Of a stretch of DNA of 64,000 nt, positions 8,968 to 18,627 are shown one piece after another. Numbering within the stretch: position 1 is the first letter of the stretch; every line of letters starts with the position of its first letter. The translations under genes were made by a program, and so were the position numbers. Origin of the DNA: an uncultured delta proteobacterium. Lineage in GTDB: Bacteria > Desulfobacterota > Desulfobacteria > Desulfobacterales > QNYZ01. The notes beneath the pieces are model-generated. The model searched no databases. It worked only from the letters and a program-made list of their open reading frames with translations, and had not been told where the DNA came from. The DNA lies in assembly GCA_963783425.1 (NCBI GenBank), contig CAWANO010000012.1, positions 38,251 to 102,250 of the forward strand. Reading direction: 5' to 3'.

Positions 8968-10935
8968 TTAAGACCCCTCTGTCTGGCCCTTGGCGGATAC
9001 CCGACCGGCCATTCTGTGGGCCAGTTTGGGGAAGAGTTTCAGATCGGTATGGGGCAGGAAGAGGGCGCTCACATAGTGGTCCATGAACGACGCGGTTTCC
9101 GAGAGTTCGAAGTTGGTCATCATGCGGGTGACGCGTACCACTTCGTGGCGGATGTGGTTGGTCAAGGCGCTCATGCGGGCGCCCGATAGGGAGCCGTTGC
9201 CGATGAAGGTGACTTTATCCGGTTCAATTTCAGGCAGCAGTCCGATGGTTATGGCTTTTTCCAGATCGATGTAGCTGCCAAAGCCGCCCGCTAAAATAAT
9301 ACGCTCAATGTCGCTCATCTGCATGCCGATCTCATCGAGCAGCGTCATACAGCCGCTGAAGATGGCCCCCTTGGCGCGGATCAGATTCTCGATGTCAATT
9401 TCGGTGAGCACGATGTCGCGTTCGACCTGGGTCTCGTCGGCCCAAGCCAGCACATATTCGTAGACGTTGTTGCGTTGGCGCAGGCGGGACGTATCGACGT
9501 TGCGATCGAATTTACCCTGTTGGTCGATCAACCCGGTTTCGAACATCTCCGCCACCATGATGATCAGTCCCGACCCGCAGATACCCTTGGGGCGGGCGTT
9601 GCCCACGGTGAGCAGCATGGGCTCCCAAGTGAGCGGATCGAGGGAGAAGTCCTCGATAGCGCCCTTGGCCGCACGCATGCCGAACTCGATGCCGCCGCCT
9701 TCGAAAGCGGGCCCGGCGCTGCAAGCGGCGCAGGCCATCCAATCCTTGTTGCCGATCACGATCTCGGCGTTGGTGCCGATGTCCATGAAAAGGGTGACCG
9801 TCTCCTCGAGGTACATGGCGCTGCCCATGACGCCGGCCACGATATCCCCACCCACGTAGCTGGAAACAGCCGGGTAGACCAGGGCCGTTGCGTGTTCAGC
9901 GAGCTCCAGGCCCAGCTCCGCGGCGCGCACCGGCGGAAACAGGGTGGCCGCGGGCACGTAAGGGGCGCGGCGGATGTAGCGCGGATCGATCTTGAGAAAG
10001 AGCTGGGTCATGGTGGTGTTGCCGGCCAGGGTGATGGAGGAAATGCTGTCGGTAGCGATCCCGGCGCGTCGGACGATGCGCGCTATGATGGCGTTGATGG
10101 TCTCGATGATCTTGTCGTGCAGGGTCGTTAGGCCGTCGGCCTTTTCGGCATAGACTATGCGGGTGATGACATCCTCGCCGTAGCTGATCTGCCCGTTGAA
10201 CTGGCCATATTGGGTGAGCACCTCGCCCGAGACCAGATCAATGAGCTGTCCGTAGACCGTGGTGGTGCCGATATCGATGGCAATGGCCAGGTTGGTTGCG
10301 GCAGTGTCCCCGGCTTCAACGTTAATGATGCGCGATTTGCCATCGCGGCGCACCGGGCGCGCCAAGGTGGTCGTAACCCGAAAATCCTTTTCCCGAAAAA
10401 CGGTCGGCGCCTTGCGGATTACCGACAGGTCGACTTCCAGGCGATGCTCCTTGTGGGCCATGGTAAGGTGACTGACCAGGCGGGTGATGTCGGGCAAGTG
10501 GTCCTGGGCATCGGGCGGCGGTAGTTCCAGGTAGACCTTTTCCAGCGGTGGAAAAAACCACCCCTCCTTCTTGAGGGTCTCGAAATCGAACTCCTGGATG
10601 CGGGCCGTGCGCCGGGGCGTGCTGAGGCGATTGAGCACGCTGGCATCCACCTCCGATTCAACCGGGATGCGCACGGTGACATCCTCGACCAGTCGGGCGC
10701 GGCAGGCCAATCGGTAGCCTTTGGCCACATCGGCGCTGCCGAGGCGGTCCGACAGGCCTTCTGCGACCTGGCCCGATTCGACCTTCACCCGGCATTTGGC
10801 GCAAACCCCCTCGCCGCCGCAGGAGGCATTGATGTGCACGCCGGCGGCCATGGCGGCCCGGATCAGTTTCTGGCCGGCTTCAACCTCGATGGTTTTGTCA
10901 TGGGGGAGAAAAGTGACACGGCAAGTGGGCTTCAT
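8968..10935 (-). CDS. ASKHA-domain reductive activator of corrinoid Fe-S protein (RACo/AcsV-like)
   Basis: N-terminal [2Fe-2S] CGGEGVCAKC..LAC; DIGTTT, YVGGDI, DIGTNAE, GPAFEG, GICGSG, AGGFG; start chosen at ATG 10935 after AAAGGA. Confidence 0.92.
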   Translation of the reverse strand: MKPTCRVTFLPHDKTIEVEAGQKLIRAAMAAGVHINASCGGEGVCAKCRVKVESGQVAEGLSDRLGSADVAKGYRLACRARLVEDVTVRIPVESEVDASVLNRLSTPRRTARIQEFDFETLKKEGWFFPPLEKVYLELPPPDAQDHLPDITRLVSHLTMAHKEHRLEVDLSVIRKAPTVFREKDFRVTTTLARPVRRDGKSRIINVEAGDTAATNLAIAIDIGTTTVYGQLIDLVSGEVLTQYGQFNGQISYGEDVITRIVYAEKADGLTTLHDKIIETINAIIARIVRRAGIATDSISSITLAGNTTMTQLFLKIDPRYIRRAPYVPAATLFPPVRAAELGLELAEHATALVYPAVSSYVGGDIVAGVMGSAMYLEETVTLFMDIGTNAEIVIGNKDWMACAACSAGPAFEGGGIEFGMRAAKGAIEDFSLDPLTWEPMLLTVGNARPKGICGSGLIIMVAEMFETGLIDQQGKFDRNVDTSRLRQRNNVYEYVLAWADETQVERDIVLTEIDIENLIRAKGAIFSGCMTLLDEIGMQMSDIERIILAGGFGSYIDLEKAITIGLLPEIEPDKVTFIGNGSLSGARMSALTNHIRHEVVRVTRMMTNFELSETASFMDHYVSALFLPHTDLKLFPKLAHRMAGRVSAKGQTEGS

Positions 10936-11243
10936 TTGAGCAATGGTCCTTTGCATTCTTCGGCGCCGCCCCTTTCGGTGGCGCGGTTGGGGCCGGGAAG
11001 GCAACTTATTCCATCATTAACGGTCACTGGTCGCCATGGTAAGCCCTGCTTCAAATGCTCTGGTAGCACATTTGTACCATGCTGTATAGCACCCCGTGGG
11101 GGCTATCCCACCATGTTTCGGCCACGTCCATTGCCGAAGCGGCATAAGCTGTTGACGCCAAAGCCGTTATCATGTACATGAAGGTCGCAAATATATCACC
11201 AGAATAACACCAGAATCGATCTTTGGCGTAAAGGTGGCGACCC

Positions 11244-11777
11244 TTGACCAAGGCCCTTTTAAAATTTTGTGACGTGATCGACGGCATCAACCGCTGGGTG
11301 GGTCAGGGCGTGGCCTGGGTGACCCTGCTGCTGGTAGTGGTGGTTTTTGTCGATGTCTGCATGCGCTATATCTTCAACACCAGCTTTGTCTTCGTCCAGG
11401 AGCTGGAGTGGCACCTGTTCGGCTTTATTTTTCTAGTCGGCGCCGGCTATACACTGCTGCACGACGGCCATGTGCGGGTGGACATCATCTACCAACGGCT
11501 GGGTCTTAAAGGGCGCGCCTGGGTGAACCTGATTGGCGTGATTTTCTTTCTGATTCCCGGCTGCCTTTTGGTGATTATCACCTCCTGGAAGTTCGTCCTC
11601 AACGCCTGGTTGATGATGGAAGGCTCGCCTGATCCGGGCGGCATTCCATTCCGCTATTTAATCAAAGGCACCATCCCGGTGGGATTTGCATTGATGTTGC
11701 TGCAAGGCATCGTTCTGGGCATCCACAGCCTGCTGCAGGTGCTGGGTATCGAAACAGCCGAGGAGGATCAACTCTGA
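11244..11777 (+). CDS. TRAP transporter small permease (DctQ)
   Basis: 4 TM helices, QELEWHLFG and HVRVDI motifs. Confidence 0.93.
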   Translation: MTKALLKFCDVIDGINRWVGQGVAWVTLLLVVVVFVDVCMRYIFNTSFVFVQELEWHLFGFIFLVGAGYTLLHDGHVRVDIIYQRLGLKGRAWVNLIGVIFFLIPGCLLVIITSWKFVLNAWLMMEGSPDPGGIPFRYLIKGTIPVGFALMLLQGIVLGIHSLLQVLGIETAEEDQL

Positions 11778-13102
11778 TGGAGTACTTACCGGCCTGGATG
11801 TTTCTGGCGCTGACGATCCTGCTCATGGCGGGTTTTCCCGTTACCTTCACCCTGTTGGGTACGGCGCTCTTTTTCGGTCTGATCGGTTTCGGCTGGTCCT
11901 TTTTCAACCTGCTGCCCCTGAGAATCTGGGGCGTAATCATCAACGTCACCCTGATGGCCGTGCCGCTTTTTGTTTTCATGGGGGTGATGCTTGAGCGCTC
12001 GGGCCTGGCCGAAGAGCTGCTCGACACCATGGGGATTCTCTTCGGGCGATTGCGCGGTGGGCTGGCCGTTTCGGTGGTGGTAGTGGGCGCCTTGCTGGGC
12101 GCTTCCACCGGTATTGTGGGTGCCACCGTGGTCACCATGGGCCTTTTGGCGGTGCCCACCATGTTGCGGCGCGGTTACCAGAAAGAAATAGCCTGTGGAA
12201 CGGTTTCCGCTTCGGGCACCCTGGGCCAGATCATCCCCCCCAGCATCGTGCTGGTGCTCATCGGCGATATTGTGGGCGTGTCGGTGGGCGATCTTTTCAT
12301 GGGGGCCGTCTTTCCCGGCTTGGTACTGGTAAGCCTTTATGTGATTTACATTTTGGCGGCCGCCTACCTGAGACCCAGCATCGCGCCGGCCATTCCCAAA
12401 GAGGAGCTGGACGCCATTTCCAAAGGGCAGCTGTTGAAGCGGGTGGGGCGGGCGCTGGTGCCACCCCTGGCGCTGATGGTGGCCGTGCTGGGCTCGATTT
12501 TCGCCGGCATCGCCTCGCCCACCGAAGCTGCCGCGGTGGGGGCGGTGGGGGCCACTCTGTTGACGGTTGCCAACGGCAAGTTCAACATGAAGATCCTCAA
12601 TGAGGTCATGACCACCACGGTGAAGCTGACCTGCATGGTCTTTATCATTCTGTGCGGTGCGGCGGCTTTCGGCCTGGTGTTTCGCGGCCTAGGGGGCGAC
12701 ACCCTGGTGCGCGAGTTTTTGGGCGGCCTGGCCGATGTTTACAGCGCCCACGTAGTGTTAGCGATTGTTATGGGCCTGATCTTCGTGATCGGGTTTTTTC
12801 TGGACTTCATCGAGATCACCTTCATTCACGTGCCCGTGCTTGCGCCGATCATGCTCGAATTTGGCTTCGATCCGGTCTGGTTCTGCATTCTGTTGGCCGT
12901 CAATTTGCAGACCTCGTTTATGACGCCACCCTTCGGTTTTTCCCTGTTTTATCTCAAGGCGGTGACGCCGCCTGAGGTCTCCACCGGCCACATCTATCGC
13001 GGCATCATCCCTTTCGTTATTTTTCAATTGATCGGTCTGGCGATCGTGGTCATGTATCCGCAGTTGGCCACCTGGCTACCCGATGTTGTCTTTGGCGATT
13101 GA
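11777..13102 (+). CDS. TRAP transporter large permease (DctM)
   Basis: AVPLFVFMG, SGTLGQIIPPS, SPTEAAAVG, TSFMTPPFG; TGATG coupling with dctQ. Confidence 0.95.
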   Translation: MEYLPAWMFLALTILLMAGFPVTFTLLGTALFFGLIGFGWSFFNLLPLRIWGVIINVTLMAVPLFVFMGVMLERSGLAEELLDTMGILFGRLRGGLAVSVVVVGALLGASTGIVGATVVTMGLLAVPTMLRRGYQKEIACGTVSASGTLGQIIPPSIVLVLIGDIVGVSVGDLFMGAVFPGLVLVSLYVIYILAAAYLRPSIAPAIPKEELDAISKGQLLKRVGRALVPPLALMVAVLGSIFAGIASPTEAAAVGAVGATLLTVANGKFNMKILNEVMTTTVKLTCMVFIILCGAAAFGLVFRGLGGDTLVREFLGGLADVYSAHVVLAIVMGLIFVIGFFLDFIEITFIHVPVLAPIMLEFGFDPVWFCILLAVNLQTSFMTPPFGFSLFYLKAVTPPEVSTGHIYRGIIPFVIFQLIGLAIVVMYPQLATWLPDVVFGD

Positions 13103-13270
13103 TGCGGGCTAAAACCCATCACCATCTTTTGTCGGTTCAGGGTGATAAAAGCCTGCGCTGCCGAAAGCGGTAGTTAGGGCAATCCGTTGACTTATTTCCA
13201 TTATGGGGCGTATAAAGACAATTTGATCCCCGTGTTTCTTGTTTTTCATCCCAACGCAAGGAGGAGTATG

Positions 13271-14371
13271 ATGAAGCGACGTGATTTTCTGAAAAAAGCT
13301 GGCATCGGGGCGGCAGCGGTTGCAGCGACAACGGTTAAGGCGCCTGCCGTTCTCGCTCAAAAAACGTACAACTGGAAGATGGTCACCACCTGGCCGCCAA
13401 AGTTCCCTGTTTTACAAATTGGCGCCGAGCGTTTCGCGCAACGCGTGGAAGAGGCCACCGAAGGCCGTATTAAGATTCAGGTTTTCGCTGCCGGTGAACT
13501 GGTACCGCCCCTGGGCGTGTTCGATGCGGTTTCCGAGGGCACCGTGGAAGTCGGCAGCGGCGCCTCTTACTACTGGGCCGGCAAGGTGCCTGCGGCGCAG
13601 TGGTTTGCGGCGGTTCCCTTCGGTTTGAACCCCCAGGGCATCAACTCCTGGTTTTACAGCGGCGGCGGCTTGCAGCTGTGGGAAGAGGTCTATGCCCCCT
13701 ACAACCTGGTGCCGCGCCCCCAGGGCAACACCGGTGTTCAGATGGGCGGCTGGTTCAACAAGCAGATCAATACGATCGACGATTTCAAGGGCCTTAAAAT
13801 GCGCATTCCCGGTCTGGGGGGCAAAGTATTGGCCAAAGCCGGCGGCACGGTGGTGTTGACCGCGGGCGGTGAAATTTTCACCAACCTGGAGCGTGGCGTC
13901 ATCGATGCCACCGAGTGGGTGGGCCCCTACCATGATCTTCGTCTGGGCCTCTATCAGGCCGCCAAGTACTACTACTATCCCGGCTGGCATGAGCCCGGCA
14001 CCTGCCTGGAGGTGATGTTCAATAAAAAAGCCTATGACTCCCTGTCCAACGACCTCAAGGTGATTGTGGACGCCGTGGCGGCCGAGACCAATATGTGGAG
14101 CCTGAGTGAATTCGAGGCCAACAACGGAGCGGCGCTGGAAGAGCTGATCACCAAGCATAAGGTGGAACTGCTTAAGTTCCCCGATGAAGTGATCGAGGCC
14201 CTACGCCCGCTGGCCGCAGAAGTGCTGGAAGAAGAGGCGGCCAAGGATCCCATGTCGGCCAAAGTGCACGAAGCCTTCAAGAAGTTCCAAAAGGTGATCG
14301 GCACCTGGGGCACCGTGTCGGAGAAGGCCTACTACGACGTGATTGTGGAGAAATTTAAGCTCACAGCGTAA
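13271..14371 (+). CDS. TRAP substrate-binding protein, TakP-like (monocarboxylate/2-oxoacid), Tat-exported
   Basis: KRRDFLK Tat motif; GNTGVQMGGWF, KMRIPG, EWVGPYHD, PGWHEP; AGGAGG RBS. Confidence 0.92.
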   Translation: MKRRDFLKKAGIGAAAVAATTVKAPAVLAQKTYNWKMVTTWPPKFPVLQIGAERFAQRVEEATEGRIKIQVFAAGELVPPLGVFDAVSEGTVEVGSGASYYWAGKVPAAQWFAAVPFGLNPQGINSWFYSGGGLQLWEEVYAPYNLVPRPQGNTGVQMGGWFNKQINTIDDFKGLKMRIPGLGGKVLAKAGGTVVLTAGGEIFTNLERGVIDATEWVGPYHDLRLGLYQAAKYYYYPGWHEPGTCLEVMFNKKAYDSLSNDLKVIVDAVAAETNMWSLSEFEANNGAALEELITKHKVELLKFPDEVIEALRPLAAEVLEEEAAKDPMSAKVHEAFKKFQKVIGTWGTVSEKAYYDVIVEKFKLTA

Positions 14372-14392
14372 TCGAGAAAACAAAATAGAGAC

Positions 14393-14429
14393 AAAAAAGC
14401 GGCCGCTTCAGAGAAGCGGCCGCTTTTTG
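14393..14429. terminator. Bidirectional intrinsic terminator between the TRAP and rnf operons
   Basis: AAAAAAGCGGCCGCTTC-AGA-GAAGCGGCCGCTTTTT perfect hairpin between convergent genes. Confidence 0.92.
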
Positions 14430-14445
14430 TTTGGGATTTTACGAA

Positions 14446-16590
14446 TCAGGTGGTGGCTTCTTCCACAGCCGGTTGCTCGGATACGGCTTCCTTAATGGCC
14501 ACCTCGACCAGGCGGTCGGGGTCGGGATTGTAACAGAGCCGGCAGCAGTTGAGACAGCGGTTGGATTCGTATTTGGCGTCCTCTTCGCTGATGACCAAAT
14601 CAGCCTCATCGAAAGATTTGATACGCTCGGCCACTTCCATTTCGGGCATGGGGGTGCGTTTTTTGGCCGCAACCCCCGTTACCGTCTTGAAGAGCGACTC
14701 GGGGATGTGTTTTTTCTGCAACGAATTGGGCACTGGCGAGGGGGGCTCTTCGTTGAGATACTGGTGGATGGCGCGGGCCGCCCGCCGTCCGCCGCCGATG
14801 GCCGTGACCACCAGTGAGGCGCCGGTGTAGGCATCGCCGGCGGCGAAAATATTGGGGATGCTGCACTGCAGGATCTCCGGGTCAGCCTCGAAGGTTTGCC
14901 AACGGGTCAGTTCCAGCCCCTCGAGGGATTTGTCTTTCTGGGTGAAGGAAACATCGGGGCCCTGGCCGATGGCCGTGACCAGCATGTCGATCTCCATCAC
15001 CGTCTCTGAGCCTTCGATGGGCACCGGCCGGCGGCGTCCGCTGGCGTCGGGCTCACCCAGTTCCATCTTGAGATATTCGAGCCCGGTGACCGTGCCTGTT
15101 TCATCGCCGATCACCCGGGTGGGCGCGGCCAGAAAGTGGAACTGAACGCCTTCATGCTCGGCAGCCACGATCTCCACCTCGTTGGCGGGCATCTCCTTGC
15201 GGGTACGGCGGTAGACAATGGCGACGTTCTCAGCCCCCAGACGTACCAGGGTGCGCACGCAGTCGATAGCGGTGTTGCCGCCACCGATTACGGCACAGTT
15301 TTTACCGACATAGGGTTTCTCGATATCACCAACTTGCTGCCAGCGGGCGAAGCGAGTGAGAAAATCGATACCGGTGTAACACCCTTTGAGGTTCTCGCCC
15401 TCCACACCCAGGGTATAGTCGCGCCAAGCACCCACGCCCAGAAAGATGGCGTCGTAGCCCTCTTCGACCAGCGATGGAATGGTGAAGTCCTCACCCAGTT
15501 TGACGTTGTTTTTCCACTCGATGCCCAGGTCCAAAATGCCGTCAATCTCCCATTTGAGCACTTCCTTGGGCAGGCGGTACTCGGGAATGCCGTAGCGAAT
15601 CATGCCGCCGGCTTCGGGCATCATGTCAAAGATGGTGACGGCATGGCCCACCCGGCGCAGAAAGTAAGCGCAACTCAAGCCGGCCGGGCCGGCTCCGATT
15701 ACGGCTACCTGTTTGCCGCTCTCCGGGGCGCACTTGATCGGCAAACGCTGCCCAGAATTCATCTCATAGTCGGCCACAAAGCGTTTGAGCTGGTTGATGG
15801 AGACCGGCTCGTCCTCTATGCCGCGCCGACAGTAATCCTCGCAGGGGTGCGGGCAGACGCGACCACACGACAGCAGCAGGGGGTTGCGCTCGCGGATGGT
15901 GTTGACGGCGCCGGCGAAATCGCCCTTGCGGATCTGATCGATATAGCGTGGGATATTAATTTCAGCCGGGCAGGTCTGGGCGCAGGGTGCCAGGGGGTCT
16001 TCGAATTGGTTAAAGTGCAGCAGCCGTTGGGTCATGGTGCGTACAGTAAGGATGCCTTTGGGGCAGGCGCGTTCGCAGGCACCACAACCGACGCAATTGT
16101 CGTTGACTACCGGGTAGCCGTCAGGACCCATGTCGATAGCGTTGAAGAGACATGAGGTAATGCAGTCGCCCAATCCCAGGCAGCCGATGGCGCAGAGGCG
16201 CTTGCCGCCGAACTGAGCGGCCATCGCCCGGCAGCTGTTGATACCCATGTAGTGAAAGCGGTTTTCGGCCCGATCGCCCCCCAAACAATCGTTGAGCGAG
16301 AGTAAGGGTTCGGCGGCGCCAGGGTCAACCCCCATGATGCGGGCCACGTTTTCGGTGGTTTCCGGTCCCGATACCACGCACACGCTGGGTGGCGCCTTGC
16401 CGTTGACCACGGCCACGGCAGCCGCCGAGCACCCGGCAAAGCCGCAGCCGCCGCAGTTGGCCCCGGATAGGAAGTACTCCACCTGGGCGATGCGGGGATC
16501 CTCATACACGTAGAACACCCGGGATGCGATGCCGAGGATGGACCCGCAGGTCGCGCCGATTGCCATTAGCACCAGAACCGCTTCGAGCAC
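14446..16590 (-). CDS. rnfB: RnfB fused to a GltD/NfnB-like FAD/NAD(P)H oxidoreductase domain
   Basis: TM anchor, ANCGGCGFAGC, ferredoxin motifs, then CGRVCPHPCEDYC, GAGPAGL, GGGNTAID..YRR, FAAGD; GTG start with AGGAGG. Confidence 0.92.
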   Translation of the reverse strand: MLEAVLVLMAIGATCGSILGIASRVFYVYEDPRIAQVEYFLSGANCGGCGFAGCSAAAVAVVNGKAPPSVCVVSGPETTENVARIMGVDPGAAEPLLSLNDCLGGDRAENRFHYMGINSCRAMAAQFGGKRLCAIGCLGLGDCITSCLFNAIDMGPDGYPVVNDNCVGCGACERACPKGILTVRTMTQRLLHFNQFEDPLAPCAQTCPAEINIPRYIDQIRKGDFAGAVNTIRERNPLLLSCGRVCPHPCEDYCRRGIEDEPVSINQLKRFVADYEMNSGQRLPIKCAPESGKQVAVIGAGPAGLSCAYFLRRVGHAVTIFDMMPEAGGMIRYGIPEYRLPKEVLKWEIDGILDLGIEWKNNVKLGEDFTIPSLVEEGYDAIFLGVGAWRDYTLGVEGENLKGCYTGIDFLTRFARWQQVGDIEKPYVGKNCAVIGGGNTAIDCVRTLVRLGAENVAIVYRRTRKEMPANEVEIVAAEHEGVQFHFLAAPTRVIGDETGTVTGLEYLKMELGEPDASGRRRPVPIEGSETVMEIDMLVTAIGQGPDVSFTQKDKSLEGLELTRWQTFEADPEILQCSIPNIFAAGDAYTGASLVVTAIGGGRRAARAIHQYLNEEPPSPVPNSLQKKHIPESLFKTVTGVAAKKRTPMPEMEVAERIKSFDEADLVISEEDAKYESNRCLNCCRLCYNPDPDRLVEVAIKEAVSEQPAVEEATT

Positions 16591-16778
16591 CTAACTCCTC
16601 CTTAGCTTCTTGAGAAAAAACCTTTGGAAACAGCGCCTTCCATTACGTCGAGGGGAGGACGAAATACCTGTTTGCAAAGGTTTTTAGGGCAATCCGTTTT
16701 CAATCATTTGGTTCAACAAAAGCCGCAAGGGCGGTAGCTCCTGATCGCCTTTTAAATCAAACAGTGTACTTGGGCCTC

Positions 16779-17354
16779 CTACACCATGCCCTTGAAGGCA
16801 AAAAAAGTCAGTGAGAGCACACCGGCTGTCACCAAGGCGATGGAGGTGTCCTGAAACGGTTTGGGTACACGCGCTAACAGTGTTTTTTCGCGCACACCCG
16901 CAAAGAGAATCAAGGCCAGCCCAAAGCCCACGGCGTAACTGAAAGAGGCCACCAAAGCCTCCATGAAATTGTACTCTTCGTTGATGTTGATCAGGCAGGC
17001 GCCCATGACGGCACAGTTGGTGGTGATGAGTGGCAGGAAGATACCCAGCCCGGCGTAGAGGGCGGGGATGCTTTTTTTCAGAAACATCTCCACGAACTGC
17101 ACCAGCGAGGCGATCACCAGAATAAAGGCGATGGTGCGCAGATAGGCCAGCTCGAACTTCACCAGGATGAAACGGTCCACCACCCAGGTGATCATGCCCG
17201 CCATCACCAGTACAAAGACCACGGCAAAGGCCATGCCGACGGCCGTCTCCATCTTCTTTGAGGTGCCCAGAAAAGGGCAGTTGCCAAGGTATTGGGCCAG
17301 CAGAATGTTGTTGATCAGGATGCAGCTGATGGCCAGTACCACATAGTCGCCCAT
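16779..17354 (-). CDS. rnfA: Rnf complex subunit A
   Basis: LGNCPFLG and LPLITTNCAVMG motifs. Confidence 0.96.
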   Translation of the reverse strand: MGDYVVLAISCILINNILLAQYLGNCPFLGTSKKMETAVGMAFAVVFVLVMAGMITWVVDRFILVKFELAYLRTIAFILVIASLVQFVEMFLKKSIPALYAGLGIFLPLITTNCAVMGACLININEEYNFMEALVASFSYAVGFGLALILFAGVREKTLLARVPKPFQDTSIALVTAGVLSLTFFAFKGMV

Positions 17355-17364
17355 GGTTGTCTCC

Positions 17365-18024
17365 CTATTTCTTGCCCAGCAAGTTCATGATACAGAGCAT
17401 CAGCCCCAAACAGACGAAGGCCCCCGGCGCTTCCACCATGAAGGTGAAAGGCTTGAAGGCTTCGCCGAACACCACCATCGAGCTTTCCCACAGTTCCAGC
17501 GTGCCGACACCCAGGGAACTGAGCGCATAGCCCATGACCGTGCCTAGGGTGAAGGTGCCCGCGCCCAGGACCTCGCGAAAAGCGCCCAGAGCGGCCAGGG
17601 AAAGGGTGAAGCCGATGCCCATGCCCAAACCGTCGGCCAGGGAGTGGAAGACGCCGTTTTTGGATGCGAAGGCTTCGGCGCGTCCCAAGACGATACAGTT
17701 GACCACGATCAGCGGGATGAAGATGCCCAGCTTAAGAAAAAGCGGATAGGCAAAGGCCTGCATGGCCAACTCCACCACCGTAACGAAGGTGGCAATGATT
17801 ATGATGAAGCAGGCGATACGTACCTTGGCCGGGATCACCTTGCGCAGCATGGACACCAGCACGTTGGAACAGACCAGTACGAAGGTGGTGGCCAGTCCCA
17901 TGCCAATGCCGTTTTCCACCGTCTTGGTTACCGCTAGCACCGGGCAGAGGCCCAGCACCAGCCTGAAGGGGGGAATCTCGGCCCATAAGCCTTTGACAAA
18001 TTCGTGCCCGATTGATTTGGCCAT
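17365..18024 (-). CDS. rnfE: Rnf complex subunit E
   Basis: LGLCPVLAVT, IPLIVVNCIVLGRAEAFA, APGAF. Confidence 0.96.
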   Translation of the reverse strand: MAKSIGHEFVKGLWAEIPPFRLVLGLCPVLAVTKTVENGIGMGLATTFVLVCSNVLVSMLRKVIPAKVRIACFIIIIATFVTVVELAMQAFAYPLFLKLGIFIPLIVVNCIVLGRAEAFASKNGVFHSLADGLGMGIGFTLSLAALGAFREVLGAGTFTLGTVMGYALSSLGVGTLELWESSMVVFGEAFKPFTFMVEAPGAFVCLGLMLCIMNLLGKK

Positions 18025-18035
18025 AAAAATCTCCG

Positions 18036-18626
18036 CTACTGGATTGCGTTGGCTTGTTCTTGGATCTGCGCCTTGAGCCGGTTAAAGATCTCGGCGGCCT
18101 CGGTGGTGGCGTTGCTCACGGCGCGTGACGTGATGGTGGCGCCGGAGATGGCGTTGATCTTTCCACCGTCGAGCGATACCTTGAAGGGTTGGTCGGTGGC
18201 CATGCCCTTAAACTGGGCCGCAAAGTGGGGTTCGTCCTTGGCCCGCGCGCCCATGCCCGGTGTTTCGGCATGGGTGGTCACGCCAACGCCAAGCAAAGTG
18301 CCGTCTTCCACGTTGATACCGACCATTACACCCACATCACCACCGTAGCCCTTACCGTAGGTCTCCAAGGCCACCGCCTTGCGGTCTCCATCGAATTTTC
18401 CGACGAAAAGGGTGCGCTCCAGCTCACCGTCTGTGATCTTGAAACGATCGGCGATGGGATCGTTAACCGCCCCTTGCATGATCTCCTTGATGGCCGGCCC
18501 CTTGACGAATTGAAGCTGCTGTATCTCAATTTGTTCGGCCGTGTTGTCGCGAATGTAGGCCAAAAGGCCTCCCGAAAATGAACTGAGAATCGTCAGCACG
18601 ACGATCATTTTGATCATTTCCATCAT
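18036..18626 (-). CDS. rnfG: Rnf complex subunit G
   Basis: TM anchor, GYGG, ETPGMG, covalent FMN motif ISGATITS. Confidence 0.95.
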   Translation of the reverse strand: MMEMIKMIVVLTILSSFSGGLLAYIRDNTAEQIEIQQLQFVKGPAIKEIMQGAVNDPIADRFKITDGELERTLFVGKFDGDRKAVALETYGKGYGGDVGVMVGINVEDGTLLGVGVTTHAETPGMGARAKDEPHFAAQFKGMATDQPFKVSLDGGKINAISGATITSRAVSNATTEAAEIFNRLKAQIQEQANAIQ

Positions 18627-18627
18627 A

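Noticed and set aside
10936-11243. Possible cobalamin or folate riboswitch upstream of the RACo gene
   Set aside because: Only a GC hairpin at ~10962-10984; no B12-box, THF or ZTP consensus recognisable on the coding strand.
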